In this document: piece after piece, positions 13,800-25,396 of the stretch
Layout: the number at the start of each line of letters is the position of its first letter
Numbering within the stretch: position 1 is the stretch's first letter
Assembly: GCA_964016885.1 (NCBI GenBank)
Contig: CAXHJY010000708.1
Coordinates: forward strand, 62,001-126,000
Length of the DNA stretch: 64,000 bases
From: Eledone cirrhosa
Lineage: Eukaryota
Direction of reading: 5' to 3'
Translations under genes and position numbers: made by a program
Notes under the pieces: model-generated
The model's input: only the letters and a program-made list of their open reading frames with translations
The model's database searches: none
Told to the model about the DNA's origin: nothing

Positions 13800-14145
13800 A
13801 TGGACCTCCGTCGGTTTCAACCACGAGTGTTCCAGTTGTTCCGTCAATAAAATAGCCTACACCTGAAATTAACGTGAAAGTGGCCGAGAATTCAGCAGAC
13901 ACGTCAATCCATAACGTATTTCCCCGGAAGATTCAACTTGATACAGTATGTGACAAGGCTGGCACTTTCAATTACAGATATAGTCTATCAAACAGGCTTC
14001 CAAACAGTTTCTGTCTCTCTAATTTCAATGACAAGGCATAGGTCAATCCGTATCTACAGTAAATGACACTTGTCGAAGATATCATGTAGTGAAATCGAAC
14101 ACGAGACCTAATGGTTACAAAACGAACCTCCTAACCATTCGGCCA
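13800..14145 (-). mobile_element. Older SINE-2 family copy
   Basis: Shared with 35250-35465, 36000-36240, 37160-37430, 43745-43820; tRNA-like head at the right end. Confidence 0.65.
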
Positions 14146-14502
14146 TGTCAATAAGTCGTGTGGTCGAAGTCCATCCCAGATGCTCACACTTTGTTCTTCT
14201 TTTATGCATATCAGTACATATTTCTGTGCACACACACACACACACATACCCCCCCCCACACACACATATAGTGTATATCAGTATATATATATATCTGTAT
14301 ATATATATTATCTATCTCAGTATATATATCTGTATATATTATGTAAATCAGTACATATATACGTACAAAACGATTTCATAATAACCCTTTGAGAACACGT
14401 CAAAGGGTTATTATGCAATCAATTTGACGTCTTCGAAATACGTATAACTGGATTATACAATGAATAGAGGATTTGCATTTAAAGCCATCTCTCTTCTTTA
14501 TA

Positions 14503-14693
14503 ATATTGTTTCTAGTTTGGGCACAAGGCCAGCAATTACCCAGTGGATTACTGGTACTTTACTTTATTGATCCCGTAAGGATGAAAAGCAAAGTTAACCT
14601 CGGCGGGATTTGAACTCAGGACGCAAAGGGCCATAACTCTATGCTGCAGAGCATGGTGTCTGCCGCTCTACTGATACAGCCAATCCATCTCCG
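14503..14693 (-). mobile_element. SINE-1 copy
   Basis: Match to consensus. Confidence 0.9.
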
Positions 14694-14929
14694 TTTGATA
14701 CCTTATTGATAATACTTTGAGGAACACAAGTCGTAGAGAGCTTTATGTCTGTTTACGACTAACTGTTCTTCACTTGAATAATTCACACACACACACACAC
14801 ATATATATATATAGGAACTCGACGGCTGAGTTCTGGCCGTTTCGACAGCTAGATCCGAACGTGTATATATATATATACACAAAATATGAGGAAATAATAG
14901 AAAAAAAATATACCTATTTTTTCTTCAAA

Positions 14930-15022
14930 GTCTCGACTGCAGTTTCGCTGATCCGTGTGCACCGATTTCTGCACTTTAAAAGTGTATCATCGCTGTGAGG
15001 TTGATACGGCTTATCAAGAGAC
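14930..15022 (-). ncRNA. Hammerhead ribozyme, U3-A8 core, extended stem II
   Basis: gtctc-TTGATAA-gc..(~60 nt)..gc-GAAA-ctgcag-TC-gagac. Confidence 0.78.
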
Positions 15023-15492
15023 CCCTCAGAAAAAAGAACTGTTTCTTGACGCGTTTATAGCAAGTTAGAAAGTCTTATAGGCGGAGGGAGAGTGTTTAAA
15101 ACGTGTTACGGTAGCAAAAAAAGGATTGTTTCTTTCGTAGCAAGTGAGAATTTCTCGAGAGGCGAGGAGAGAGATAAACACATGATACAGTGGTCACAGA
15201 AGAGTAGTAAGGTGGACAGTGAGCGAATAACGCATTTGCTAGAAAAAGCAGTTAATACACTCGTGGTTAACTCGACCACAGGGGGGTTTGGGACAATATA
15301 ATAATGAAATACACACACATATTCATATGTATATGTGTGTGTGTGTGGTGTCCGCCTTAGCAAGTTTTGCTCGATGACCAAAAGAGACAAGATAACTAAA
15401 ATAATTAAATTAACTCCATAATCAGAGCTATTTATCAAATTACAAAATATGAGGAAATAATAGACAAAAAATATACCTATTTTTTCTTCAAA

Positions 15493-15583
15493 GTCCCGAC
15501 TGCAGTTTCGCCGATCCATGTGCACCGATCTGTACTTTAAAAGTACATCATCGCTGTGAGGTTGATACGGCTTATCAAGAGAC
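15493..15583 (-). ncRNA. Hammerhead ribozyme, U3-A8 core, extended stem II (second copy)
   Basis: gtctc-TTGATAA-gccg..cggc-GAAA-ctgcag-TC-gggac. Confidence 0.8.
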
Positions 15584-15866
15584 TCCTCAGAAAAAAGGAC
15601 TGTTTCTTGACCCGTTTATAGCAAGTGAAAAAGTATCATAGGCGGAGGGAGAGATTAACACTTGATATAGTGGTAAAAAGAAAGGATTGTTTAGGTATAT
15701 ATATATATATATATATAGTCTTCAAATTTATTATTATTACTATATATATATATATATATATGAACTCGACGGCTGAGGTCCGGCCGTTTCGACAGCTAGA
15801 TCCGAACGCATATATATACATATATATAAATGGAAAAAATGAAATTTCATTTCGCACTCTTAGTAC

Positions 15867-16400
15867 AAATGTAAGTATGTATACGTACATACATAAATGT
15901 ATACAGACGTACAGAAGTATGTATATACATACATGCACACATATACTGTATATATGTACGTATGGGTTTACCGAACATTTATTATAATGTTCGGTTTGTT
16001 TGTAAACAAACAGCTCGAATTAAGCCGTACAGTGTTCGGCAAACATCGTTGCCCTTTTGTTCAACACTGACAAAGGAACGATGAACTAGTTTTTAGCTTA
16101 TTAGCTGTCATCAGCACCGTATACCTTCCTGTCAGTCGATTGAACGTTTGAAAGTATATACTTTCCTTATGTATATATTAACAGCTGAGCAGCCTAATTT
16201 GCATATTTGTCAGTGTTGAACAAAAGGGCAACGATGGTTGTCGAACACTGTACGGCTTAATTCGGGCTGTTTGTTTACAAACAAACCGAACATTATAATA
16301 AATGTTCGGTAAACCCATACGTACATATATATATATGTGTGTGCATGTATGTATACACATACTACTATACGTCTGTATGTATGTACGTATACATACTTAC

Positions 16401-16404
<4 letters not shown>
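15867..16404. repeat. Inverted repeat with ~200-bp arms between (TA)n tracts
   Basis: 15867-16074 is the reverse complement of 16206-16404. Confidence 0.9.
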
Positions 16405-16478
<74 letters not shown>

Positions 16479-16647
16479 TATCTGTATATCTGTACATAGA
16501 GATTATCTTGTTTCTTGTATATTGAGATATATAACACTATGTACATTTCAATTAGCACTAGCGCAAAATGTGGAGCAAAATTAAGATACCATGAACGTCG
16601 ATCTATTAATAAGATATAGTAATATAGCATTGTATATACCCACCCCG

Positions 16648-16681
<34 letters not shown>

Positions 16682-17539
16682 TAACGCGCATATATATTCA
16701 TGTATATTTATACATACACATGCATACATACACAAACGCACTTATATATAAAGGCGCTGCCATTATATAACTGAAACTAGGAAAAGTATGTGTGTGTATG
16801 TATGTGTCCATGTATGTACGTGTGTGTGTATGTGTGTATGCATATGTGCGTGTGTATCCACACTCGTCCTTTCTTTAAATGCAAACTAGTATTTGTCGTT
16901 CATCCCTTGTTTAGCCATGGCAACTCTCTTGGAACAAAAGGAAAGGGACAGTAACGCGCATAAGAAGGAAGAGAAAATAAAAGAAACGAAGAATATGGCG
17001 TACAAGGAGGGAGATAAAGGAACAGTGACGCGTACAAGGAGGGAGAGAAAGGAATAGTAACGTGAATAAGGAGGGAAAGAAAATAATGAGAAATGAGTGA
17101 AATGAGATAAGATAAGGACCATGAGGGAGGAGTGAGGTGGGAGACGTATGTTAGACGAATGGAAGGTAGGAAATATTGAAAGGCATACAGAGACGAGAGA
17201 AAAGAAGACTACCCCCCCCCCCTTAACGTAATAGATGAGAGGAGAAATTAAAGAATAGGAAGCAAGACGCGAAAAATACAAAAAAAAAAATCCGATTGTT
17301 AAATAATTAGCAGGGAAAATAGGGTTTAAAATTCGAGGAGGATTTGGTTTAAAACATACCACCAGCTTGATGCAATAAACAGACTGACGTAAGAATTACT
17401 GATGACTTTGTAGAAGAAACATCCGGGAAAAAAAGAGTGAAGTTTACTTGAAGTGTTGCTATTGAAATATGAACATTTATATTCAATAAATTTAATTAAA
17501 TCTTTTAAGGCTTGTAATAACCCCCCTCCCTCCATTAAA

Positions 17540-17704
17540 TAATTGTTTCTACTTTTGGCACAAGGCCAGACATTATTCCAGTGTATTACTGGTGCTTTAT
17601 TTTATCGACTGGTGCTTTATTTTATCGACCTCGTAAGGATGAAACTCTATGCTGCAAAGCATGGCGTCCGTCCCTCCACCGATACTGCCAATCCATCGCC
17701 CTCC
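17540..17704 (-). mobile_element. SINE-1 copy with internal duplication/deletion
   Basis: Match to consensus; ctggtgctttattttatcgac duplicated. Confidence 0.85.
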
Positions 17705-17910
17705 ATTAAATAATGAAAGTAAGAGGTAGAGGAAAGGAGTGTCAGACTCTACCCCACTACCGTCTAGGTGGTATATCTTAGCAATATCTCGCAAACAAAA
17801 TGGCGAAGATATTACCGCGGAGAACAGCCAGTGGCACCTGTGTGTGAGTCTGTCTGTGTGCACGTGTTTGTGTGTGTGTGTGTGAGAGAGAGTCTGTCTG
17901 TGTGTGCACG

Positions 17911-17966
<56 letters not shown>

Positions 17967-18430
17967 CGCGTGCGCTTATATATCTCTGTAGCATTGTTGT
18001 CTTTTGACTCTTTGACATCAATGGTCATTAGTTTTTCTCCCTAGGTTCAATTTTCTGTCTGTGTATAAATCTATAACTATCATTATTGTTGTTCATATTG
18101 TTTTATCATTGTTTCCTTATCCTTCTCTTATCATTTTCCTCTCTCTTTTCCTTTTCTACCATCTCTGTTTTTATAATCTCCTTCCTTCACTTCTCCCCTT
18201 CCTTCATTTTTCTCTTATCATTTGTCACTGCGACTGAATTTGGAAGTATACAGCTGCTCTTGATCCCCGTTCGCTGGGATATATAAACATGTATGGAATG
18301 AACTTCCTTCAGTTTCAACGATCAGTATCTAATTGTTCTAATTGTTCGATATATAAATGGATGAGATGCTTTTAGTTAAGACGAGTAAAACTTAGTATTC
18401 AAAATAGTACTCCATACTTAAGGAAAGCGA

Positions 18431-18612
18431 AGTGTAGGTATTGTGGTAAAGGGTCGGACGCCATGCTTTGCAGCACAGAGTTACGCCCCTTTACGGTCTG
18501 AATTCAAATCCCGCCGAGGTTAACTTTATCTTTCATCCTTACGTGGTCGATAAAATACAGTACCAGTAATGCACCGGCATAACTGCTGGCTTTGTTGCCA
18601 AAAATAGAATCA
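18431..18612 (+). mobile_element. SINE-1 copy
   Basis: Match to consensus. Confidence 0.88.
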
Positions 18613-18710
18613 AGATTAAATCGAGTGTTCAAACAGCCAGTCTTAAACCGTTTCAATGCCAGGATCATCGAAATGGTTTAAGCTCAGTAGTCGAGCATTC
18701 TACACCCCTC

Positions 18711-18769
<59 letters not shown>

Positions 18770-18774
<5 letters not shown>

Positions 18775-19010
18775 TGTAATAAACAACATAAGATAATTAT
18801 TTCATTTACCAACGGTTTCACGAAGACAGACGAGCTTGAGACAGACGTCTGGAATCGTTCGTCAGAACGAAAATTTATTTAAAACGGATGTGAGATATGG
18901 ATTTCTTCGTAAATGAAATAATTGTCTTATGTTGTTTATTACATAACTAAATAGCTCTGTAGCCTACATAGAGTACTCTCCTTCCCTTTACCATTCATAC
19001 GGAAACACTT
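18770..19010. mobile_element. Short PLE-like insertion with ~40-bp inverted arms (18770-18808 / 18909-18948)
   Basis: Inverted repeat, (TA)n flanks, GAGTACTCT motif. Confidence 0.55.
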
Positions 19011-19059
<49 letters not shown>

Positions 19060-19188
19060 ATATATATATATTGAATTTATTTTACGAGAATTTTTATCTG
19101 AAAAACGTGTGTTGAAGCAGATGTTGTTATACTTTGGGAGGTCCAGGGTGCGAGTGTTTTTATTGGCAACAAGACCCTTCTAAAGTAT

Positions 19189-19199
<11 letters not shown>

Positions 19200-19227
<28 letters not shown>

Positions 19228-19252
19228 TGAGGATGTGTGTGTGGGTGTGTGG

Positions 19253-19345
<93 letters not shown>

Positions 19346-19942
19346 TGTGAGTTTGAATCCCTAAAACTCGAGAAGTACCCAACCGATTTTTTTCAAACTT
19401 TACATGTGTATTACTTATGTTTCAGGAAGTGTTATGCACATAAAAAGTTCAACTTTTTTATCCCCTAGGGCCCGCATTAGGTGAAAAACTGCGTTTTTTT
19501 CAGCTTTTAGGGTTTTTGAGGCGTTACATCAGACCGATTTCCTTGAAATTGTAACTATGTATTAGTCAGTCTCTTCTTCATACCGTGAGCAAAGAAAATC
19601 CAGCTTTGTTATGGCCTAGGGCCCGCATTAGGTGAAAAACTTCATTTTTTCAGCTTTTTAGGGCTTTTTTGAGGCGTTACGAGTATCCGATTTTCCCGAA
19701 ATTTCAAGGCATATTATGCACATAAAAAAATTCATTTTCTTGGTCCCCTAGGGCCCGCATTAGGTGAAAACCTGCATTTTTCCTGCTTCATCGAGGAAAA
19801 TTTTAAAGATTATCCATCCATCAGAGTATTCGGTTTATTTTCTTTACATATTGTCCAGGCATGCAGTTTTTCCACGATTAGGTCTGTTGGCGGCCCACGT
19901 TCCAAAATACCTTATCCCGTGCAAAGTCGGGAACCACTGCTA

Positions 19943-19943
<1 letters not shown>
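19200..19943 (+). mobile_element. Non-autonomous Helitron
   Basis: 3' hairpin cccgtgcaaagtcggg then CTAG|T at 19940-19943; tatataaaa start followed by (TG)n; three internal ctagggcccgcattaggtgaaaa repeats; 5' TC obscured by (TA)n. Confidence 0.75.
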
Positions 19944-20028
<85 letters not shown>

Positions 20029-20146
20029 CTGTGTCTTTCGTTTGTATTTTTATTTTCAAAAAATAATTTCTTAAGGTTTCCCATTAAAAAATTCGTTTTG
20101 CCTTGATTTCTTTCGTTGTCTTGTCCTCTGTTAATTTTCCTAAGTT

Positions 20147-20236
<90 letters not shown>

Positions 20237-20238
<2 letters not shown>

Positions 20239-20500
20239 TATTAGGATTGGTGCTCTGAAATAGCGATGTATACATGAATGTATGTATAGTATATTTGGCA
20301 ATATGGAATTCTATAAGAATCCAGCTTCTATAATTTTCGGCGAAAGCAGGGGAGAACGTGGCTCTGATGAACGCCAACCAGCGTGAAACAGACTGTCAGC
20401 TTCTCTCCCTTCTTTCGCCGTAAATAAGTAAGTGACATAGTATTCTAAATGTTTTTAACAAACATATGGTATCTTGCCAGATATATTATACATACATTCA
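20237..20500 (+). mobile_element. Short HHR-bearing element (family D)
   Basis: Terminus shared with 22731-22790 and 61282-61307; internal inverted arms ~20276-20300 / 20474-20500; (TA)n flanks. Confidence 0.7.
20360..20401 (+). ncRNA. Canonical-core type I hammerhead ribozyme
   Basis: ggct-CTGATGA-acgc caacca gcgt-GAAA-cagactg-TC-agct; stem I extendable over 20338-20420. Confidence 0.9.
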
Positions 20501-20636
20501 TATATATATATATATATATATTAATAAAAGGAATTCCAACTTTGTCTGATTTACTCGTTTTATTTACAATCCTTTAAAATGTATAATGGTGTTAGAATGA
20601 AATACTATGGTAGAATATTAAATGTTAAGTGTTAAT

Positions 20637-20675
20637 TGAACAAGTACTTTCATGCTTTCGCAATCTTCAGGTTCA
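20637..20675 (-). ncRNA. Minimal type I hammerhead ribozyme
   Basis: tgaac-CTGAAGA-t tgc gaaa gca t-GAAA-gtac-TT-gttca. Confidence 0.9.
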
Positions 20676-21129
20676 TATTCTGTGGTGACAGTCAAGTTTG
20701 CAATTTTCAACTGTAATGAGATGGGTAAATTTTGTGCCTTATATACAATAAAAAGCGCCTATAGAATGCTAGATTCTGCAAACTGTATTTCGACCAATCA
20801 GTGTTTAGTTTCACTGGATTACTAAAGCTGATTGGTTTAGGCGTCACGGTTGGTCTTACGACTTCTATTTGACCCTATCCAAAGCATCAATTGTTTTGCT
20901 ATTTTTAGAAATGATGAAAATAGCATTTTCTAGTAATCATCACCATCAACATCACTTTTGTTATTATTATTGTTGTTGTTGTTGTTAGTGGTGGTAGTCG
21001 ACATGGTCGTAGGCGTAATCATAGTAGAAGCACTACCCCTAAGCATTATTATTGTTCATTTAGCTTGGGTTGGATTTTATCAATAAAATTCTTTTCTTTG
21101 ATTTTTCTCTTGATTTCACTTGGGCTGTG

Positions 21130-21417
21130 TCATTTGTAGAATGGAAATATTATAAATATTCTCTGACCACATGTTGCTAGATGGTTACTCAGGGATATCT
21201 GACGGACATTTGGGTCTCTGATTTTCTGTCGGTGCACCCGTGCACGTTCCGATAGTGCATTTCCAGTTTGACCGACATATAGTTCTTCACAATTCGGGCA
21301 TTTAATGCAGTAAATTAGATTTCTGCTTTTGCAGTTCATATTTACACTTGGGAATATTTTTCCAGTTTTATGTTGATATATTGACCAGTGTGTATAGATT
21401 GACATGTGCCACATCAA
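21130..21417 (-). pseudogene. PLE GIY-YIG endonuclease fragment
   Basis: NCKSRNLIYCIKCPNCEELYVGQTGNALSERARVHRQKI..LSNHL. Confidence 0.88.
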
Positions 21418-21718
21418 CTATCATTGCATTTAGATACAGTGAATGATTGGTCTTTGTTGTTAAGGTCAAACTTTGCCTTTGTTAGTAATTGCTTCAAATT
21501 TTTCGGCTGTCTTTTACTAAGAAGATATGAAAGTACTTGTTCAATTGCGAAATAATGAAAGTACTTGTTCAATTAACACTTAACATTTAATATTCTACCA
21601 TACTATTTCATTCTAATACCATTATAAATTTTAAAAGATTGTAAATAAAACGAGTAAATCAGACAAAGTTGGAATTCCTTTTATTAATATAATCTTCTAT
21701 ACACAATCATACACACCC

Positions 21719-21933
<215 letters not shown>

Positions 21934-21969
21934 ATTAACAAATGGAAACTATATTTATAAAACCATATT

Positions 21970-22034
21970 TATTTTATTATACATATGTCAAGGACACCAA
22001 GTTAAATTATGGTGTGCTTTCATCAGATAAAATA
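21970..22034 (-). ncRNA. Hammerhead ribozyme (family B), probably inactivated (GACA for GAAA)
   Basis: tattttat-CTGATGA-aagcacacca..tggtgtcctt-GACA-tatgta-TA-ataaaata. Confidence 0.7.
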
Positions 22035-22658
22035 TATATAGAGCAGTTTTATAAATAAATATTGACATACCCTTAAAGAATGCGACCATTACTGTTGGAA
22101 GCTCCCGGGTAGTGGGGTTATAAATTTATTTATACTATTATGTAAATTCGTATTGGATATTTGTAAATCAGAGTAGATTTAAATAAGCCGTTGGGTTACG
22201 GAGAAAGAGAGAGAGAGAGAAGAACAAGAGAGAGAAAAAAGAGAGATATAAAAAAAAGAAAAAAGAGCAAACCTTTAAGAAGAAAATAAGAAAAAAAGAG
22301 AGAGAGAAATGAAAAAGAGAAGAGAAAGCGAAAGCTCTAAGTGATAGGTTGTTGAGTTATCTTAACATTTGAGATGAAGTGAAAGAATAAATATTTAATG
22401 GATGAATAGAGAAATGTAAATAAGCGTGAATGGAAAATATATACATAATAGGAGAACTTTAACCATTGTTTAAATATGATTAAATGTTTAGTTTATCATT
22501 TAAATTATTGAGATCTATACATTAAAAATTGAGATCTATATATTATTAAGACTATATATTATTAAAAGAATATATTCATATATATACACACGCACACACA
22601 GATATATATACATATAAATATATATACATACAAATACATATACACATACATCTACCAA

Positions 22659-22730
<72 letters not shown>

Positions 22731-22732
<2 letters not shown>

Positions 22733-22988
22733 AATTGGTGCTCTGAAGTAGCGATGTATATATGAATGTATATATAGTGTATTTGGTAATACACTGTATG
22801 CTTAATTAAAAGCATTTTGAAGACCTTACGCCATTGTTTTAAAGTAGTGACTATGTCACTTACTTCTTTTTTCAACTTTTTTTTGTTGAAAAAAGAAGTG
22901 ATATAGTCACTACTTTAAAACAATAGCGTAAAGTCTTCAAAATGCTTTTAATTAATTTAATTACCAAATACACTATATATACATTCAT
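22731..22988. repeat. Family D-related foldback insertion
   Basis: Arms ~22762-22877 / 22884-22988 are reverse complements; (TA)n flanks. Confidence 0.85.
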
Positions 22989-22999
22989 CTATATATACA

Positions 23000-23063
<64 letters not shown>

Positions 23064-23097
23064 AATAATGATGAGCTGCGCGTTGCAAATGGGGTGC

Positions 23098-23221
23098 ATA
23101 TGAAAAAGTAAGTCCTTCATCAGTCACCTTCCAACCGTCCCAGGCATTTCATCGCTTTAAGGGCCCTTAAAGCGATGAAATGCCTGGGACGGTTGGAGGG
23201 TCACTGATGAAGGACTTACTT

Positions 23222-23229
<8 letters not shown>
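23098..23229. repeat. Near-perfect ~130-bp palindrome
   Basis: Centre ttaagggcccttaa; ends ..cttactttttca then (TA)n, like the family A terminus. Confidence 0.92.
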
Positions 23230-23277
<48 letters not shown>

Positions 23278-23485
23278 CTGTGTGTATGTATGTGCTCGCG
23301 CGTGTGGTTTTGTACGTATTTGTGTTTACTGATAGATATATCTGTTTCCATATATAGTGCTTTATATTTAGTGTAATAATCATATGGCTGTTTGTACTTC
23401 TTATGGGGTATGTTAAGTGTTTGATTTCATATATCTTGGTTCCTTTTCAGTGCTCATACGGACGCTTTAAGCATCCAACACCAAT

Positions 23486-23574
<89 letters not shown>

Positions 23575-23612
23575 ATATTAATAAATGGAGACTATATTTA
23601 TAAAACCATAAT

Positions 23613-23678
23613 TATTTTATTATATATATTTCAAAGGCGACCAAGGTAAATTATGGTGCGCTTTCATCAGATAAAATA
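23613..23678 (-). ncRNA. Type I hammerhead ribozyme (family B)
   Basis: tattttat-CTGATGA-stem II-GAAA-tatata-TA-ataaaata on the minus strand. Confidence 0.85.
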
Positions 23679-23803
23679 CAGATTTGTTTTATAAATAAAT
23701 ATTGACATCCCCGAAGAAAGACAACCCCAACGGTTGAAATTCGCTGGACTATCCAGGTTGTCTTTTTCCGGGTATGTCAATATTTATTTATAAAACAAAT
23801 CTG

Positions 23804-23869
23804 TATTTTATCTGATGAAAGCGCACCATAATTTACCTTAGTCGCCCTTGAAATATATATAATAAAATA
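23804..23869 (+). ncRNA. Type I hammerhead ribozyme (family B)
   Basis: tattttat-CTGATGA(23812-23818)-stem II-GAAA(23850-23853)-tatata-TA-ataaaata; 8-bp stem I. Confidence 0.87.
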
Positions 23870-24027
23870 ATTATGGTTTTATAAATATAGTTTCCATTTA
23901 TTAATATATTGTATATTTACTCCACTAACTTGTTGAGTGCTTTATATCAGTTATAAAAATTTAAAAAAATGTTTAAAGTTTGTTGAATCCCAACAAGTTA
24001 AATATAACCTCTGCATATATATATATA

Positions 24028-24117
<90 letters not shown>

Positions 24118-24126
<9 letters not shown>

Positions 24127-24625
24127 CGTCCTTTCACGCACAAGGCGTCAAGGTACGCATGTATTGTCCAACCAAGTGCCAGTGTGGTTCAATGGCGGGT
24201 TAATAAATTAACGAGCCAGAACAAATATAAACAAGGTTTAGTAAATAATGAAAAAGTTTCAAAATAAATTTTAAAAAATTGACTTTACCTACTATAGTTA
24301 CCTTTACCGATCGGTTTCGAATCCCAAAAATAAAACGTAGGCCATACGGCCTTCGTTGCAAAGAGAGATTCTCGTCAGAAGGTTCTTTTCATTCAAAGAA
24401 TATAAAATTCCTGAATTTAAATCACAAACTAGCGCTATCAAAGACTGTTCCTGGGATGAGAGTGGATGATGTAGAACAGGTTTATCAAGGGCCGTAGTAA
24501 AGATAGAGGCAAAAGGAGGTAGGTCGAACTAGCCACCGCTGTTATCAGCAGCAGTCGGAATGACCCGGTTTGTTCTCAACGTATGTGGAGGTAGTAGTAA
24601 TATGAAATACGTCCTTTCACGCACA
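24118..24625 (-). mobile_element. Non-coding HHR element with 25-bp terminal direct repeats (family H)
   Basis: tatgaaatacgtcctttcacgcaca at 24118-24142 and 24601-24625; (TA)n flanks; partial relative at ~49515-49620. Confidence 0.75.
24300..24383 (-). ncRNA. Canonical-core hammerhead ribozyme with extended stem II
   Basis: acctt-CTGACGA-gaatctc..(aacgaaggcc gtat ggcctacgtt)..gggattc-GAAA-ccgatcgg-TA-aaggt. Confidence 0.9.
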
Positions 24626-25090
24626 CATATATATATATATATATAATTGGTGTTGGATGCTTAAAGCGTCCGTATGCGGTAGGCCGTATGAGCAGAGTAT
24701 GATACAACAGAAAAAAAAAATCAAGACGTATCTGAGAACCGTGCGATTTTCAGAGTCAGGTTCGATCATCACATCGATCGTGCCTCGAGCCAGTCGCCAG
24801 AGAAACGATTGTAATATGTCCAATAAATTCCATTCGTCGCAACACTGATTCTCTTTTTTTTTTGTGATATATATATATATATATATATGTGCGCGCGCGC
24901 GCGCGTGCGTGTGTGTGTGTGTGTGTGTGCGCGCGCACTTATATATCTACTTCTACATAATCGTTGTTTCAGTAATTATTTCTAACCGATTATGTTTGTT
25001 TGTCCTGTTTACATTTTATATACATCACCATCTGTTTATACAGCTGTCGATACTGTCTACACACTTATGTTTTTGTATATTTATAGTTCC

Positions 25091-25199
<109 letters not shown>

Positions 25200-25304
25200 T
25201 ATAGAGAGAGAGAGAAAGAAGGAGATTGCTTTTGTACATGTCTATATATGTGAATATATGTATGGTTTTTATTAACGTACAACGATTTACAAAACTATTT
25301 GTAT

Positions 25305-25396
<92 letters not shown>

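Larger units (their letters stand above)
14878..15655 (-). mobile_element. Non-coding tandem HHR element (family J), ~565-bp period
   Basis: Direct repeats 14878-15090 and 15443-15655, each containing an HHR; no credible ORF. Confidence 0.75.
20521..21687 (-). mobile_element. 5'-truncated PLE with inverted pseudo-LTR
   Basis: GIY-YIG fragment plus ~130-bp inverted terminal repeats 20521-20653 / 21555-21687; (TA)n flank. Confidence 0.88.
23572..24014. mobile_element. Head-to-head family B foldback insertion
   Basis: Arms 23572-23726 / 23756-23910; right arm continues to 24014; HHR on each strand. Confidence 0.9.

Noticed and set aside
23165-23229. GAAA followed by CTGATGA in the palindrome arm as a type II hammerhead
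   Set aside because: I could not build stems I and III between the two motifs
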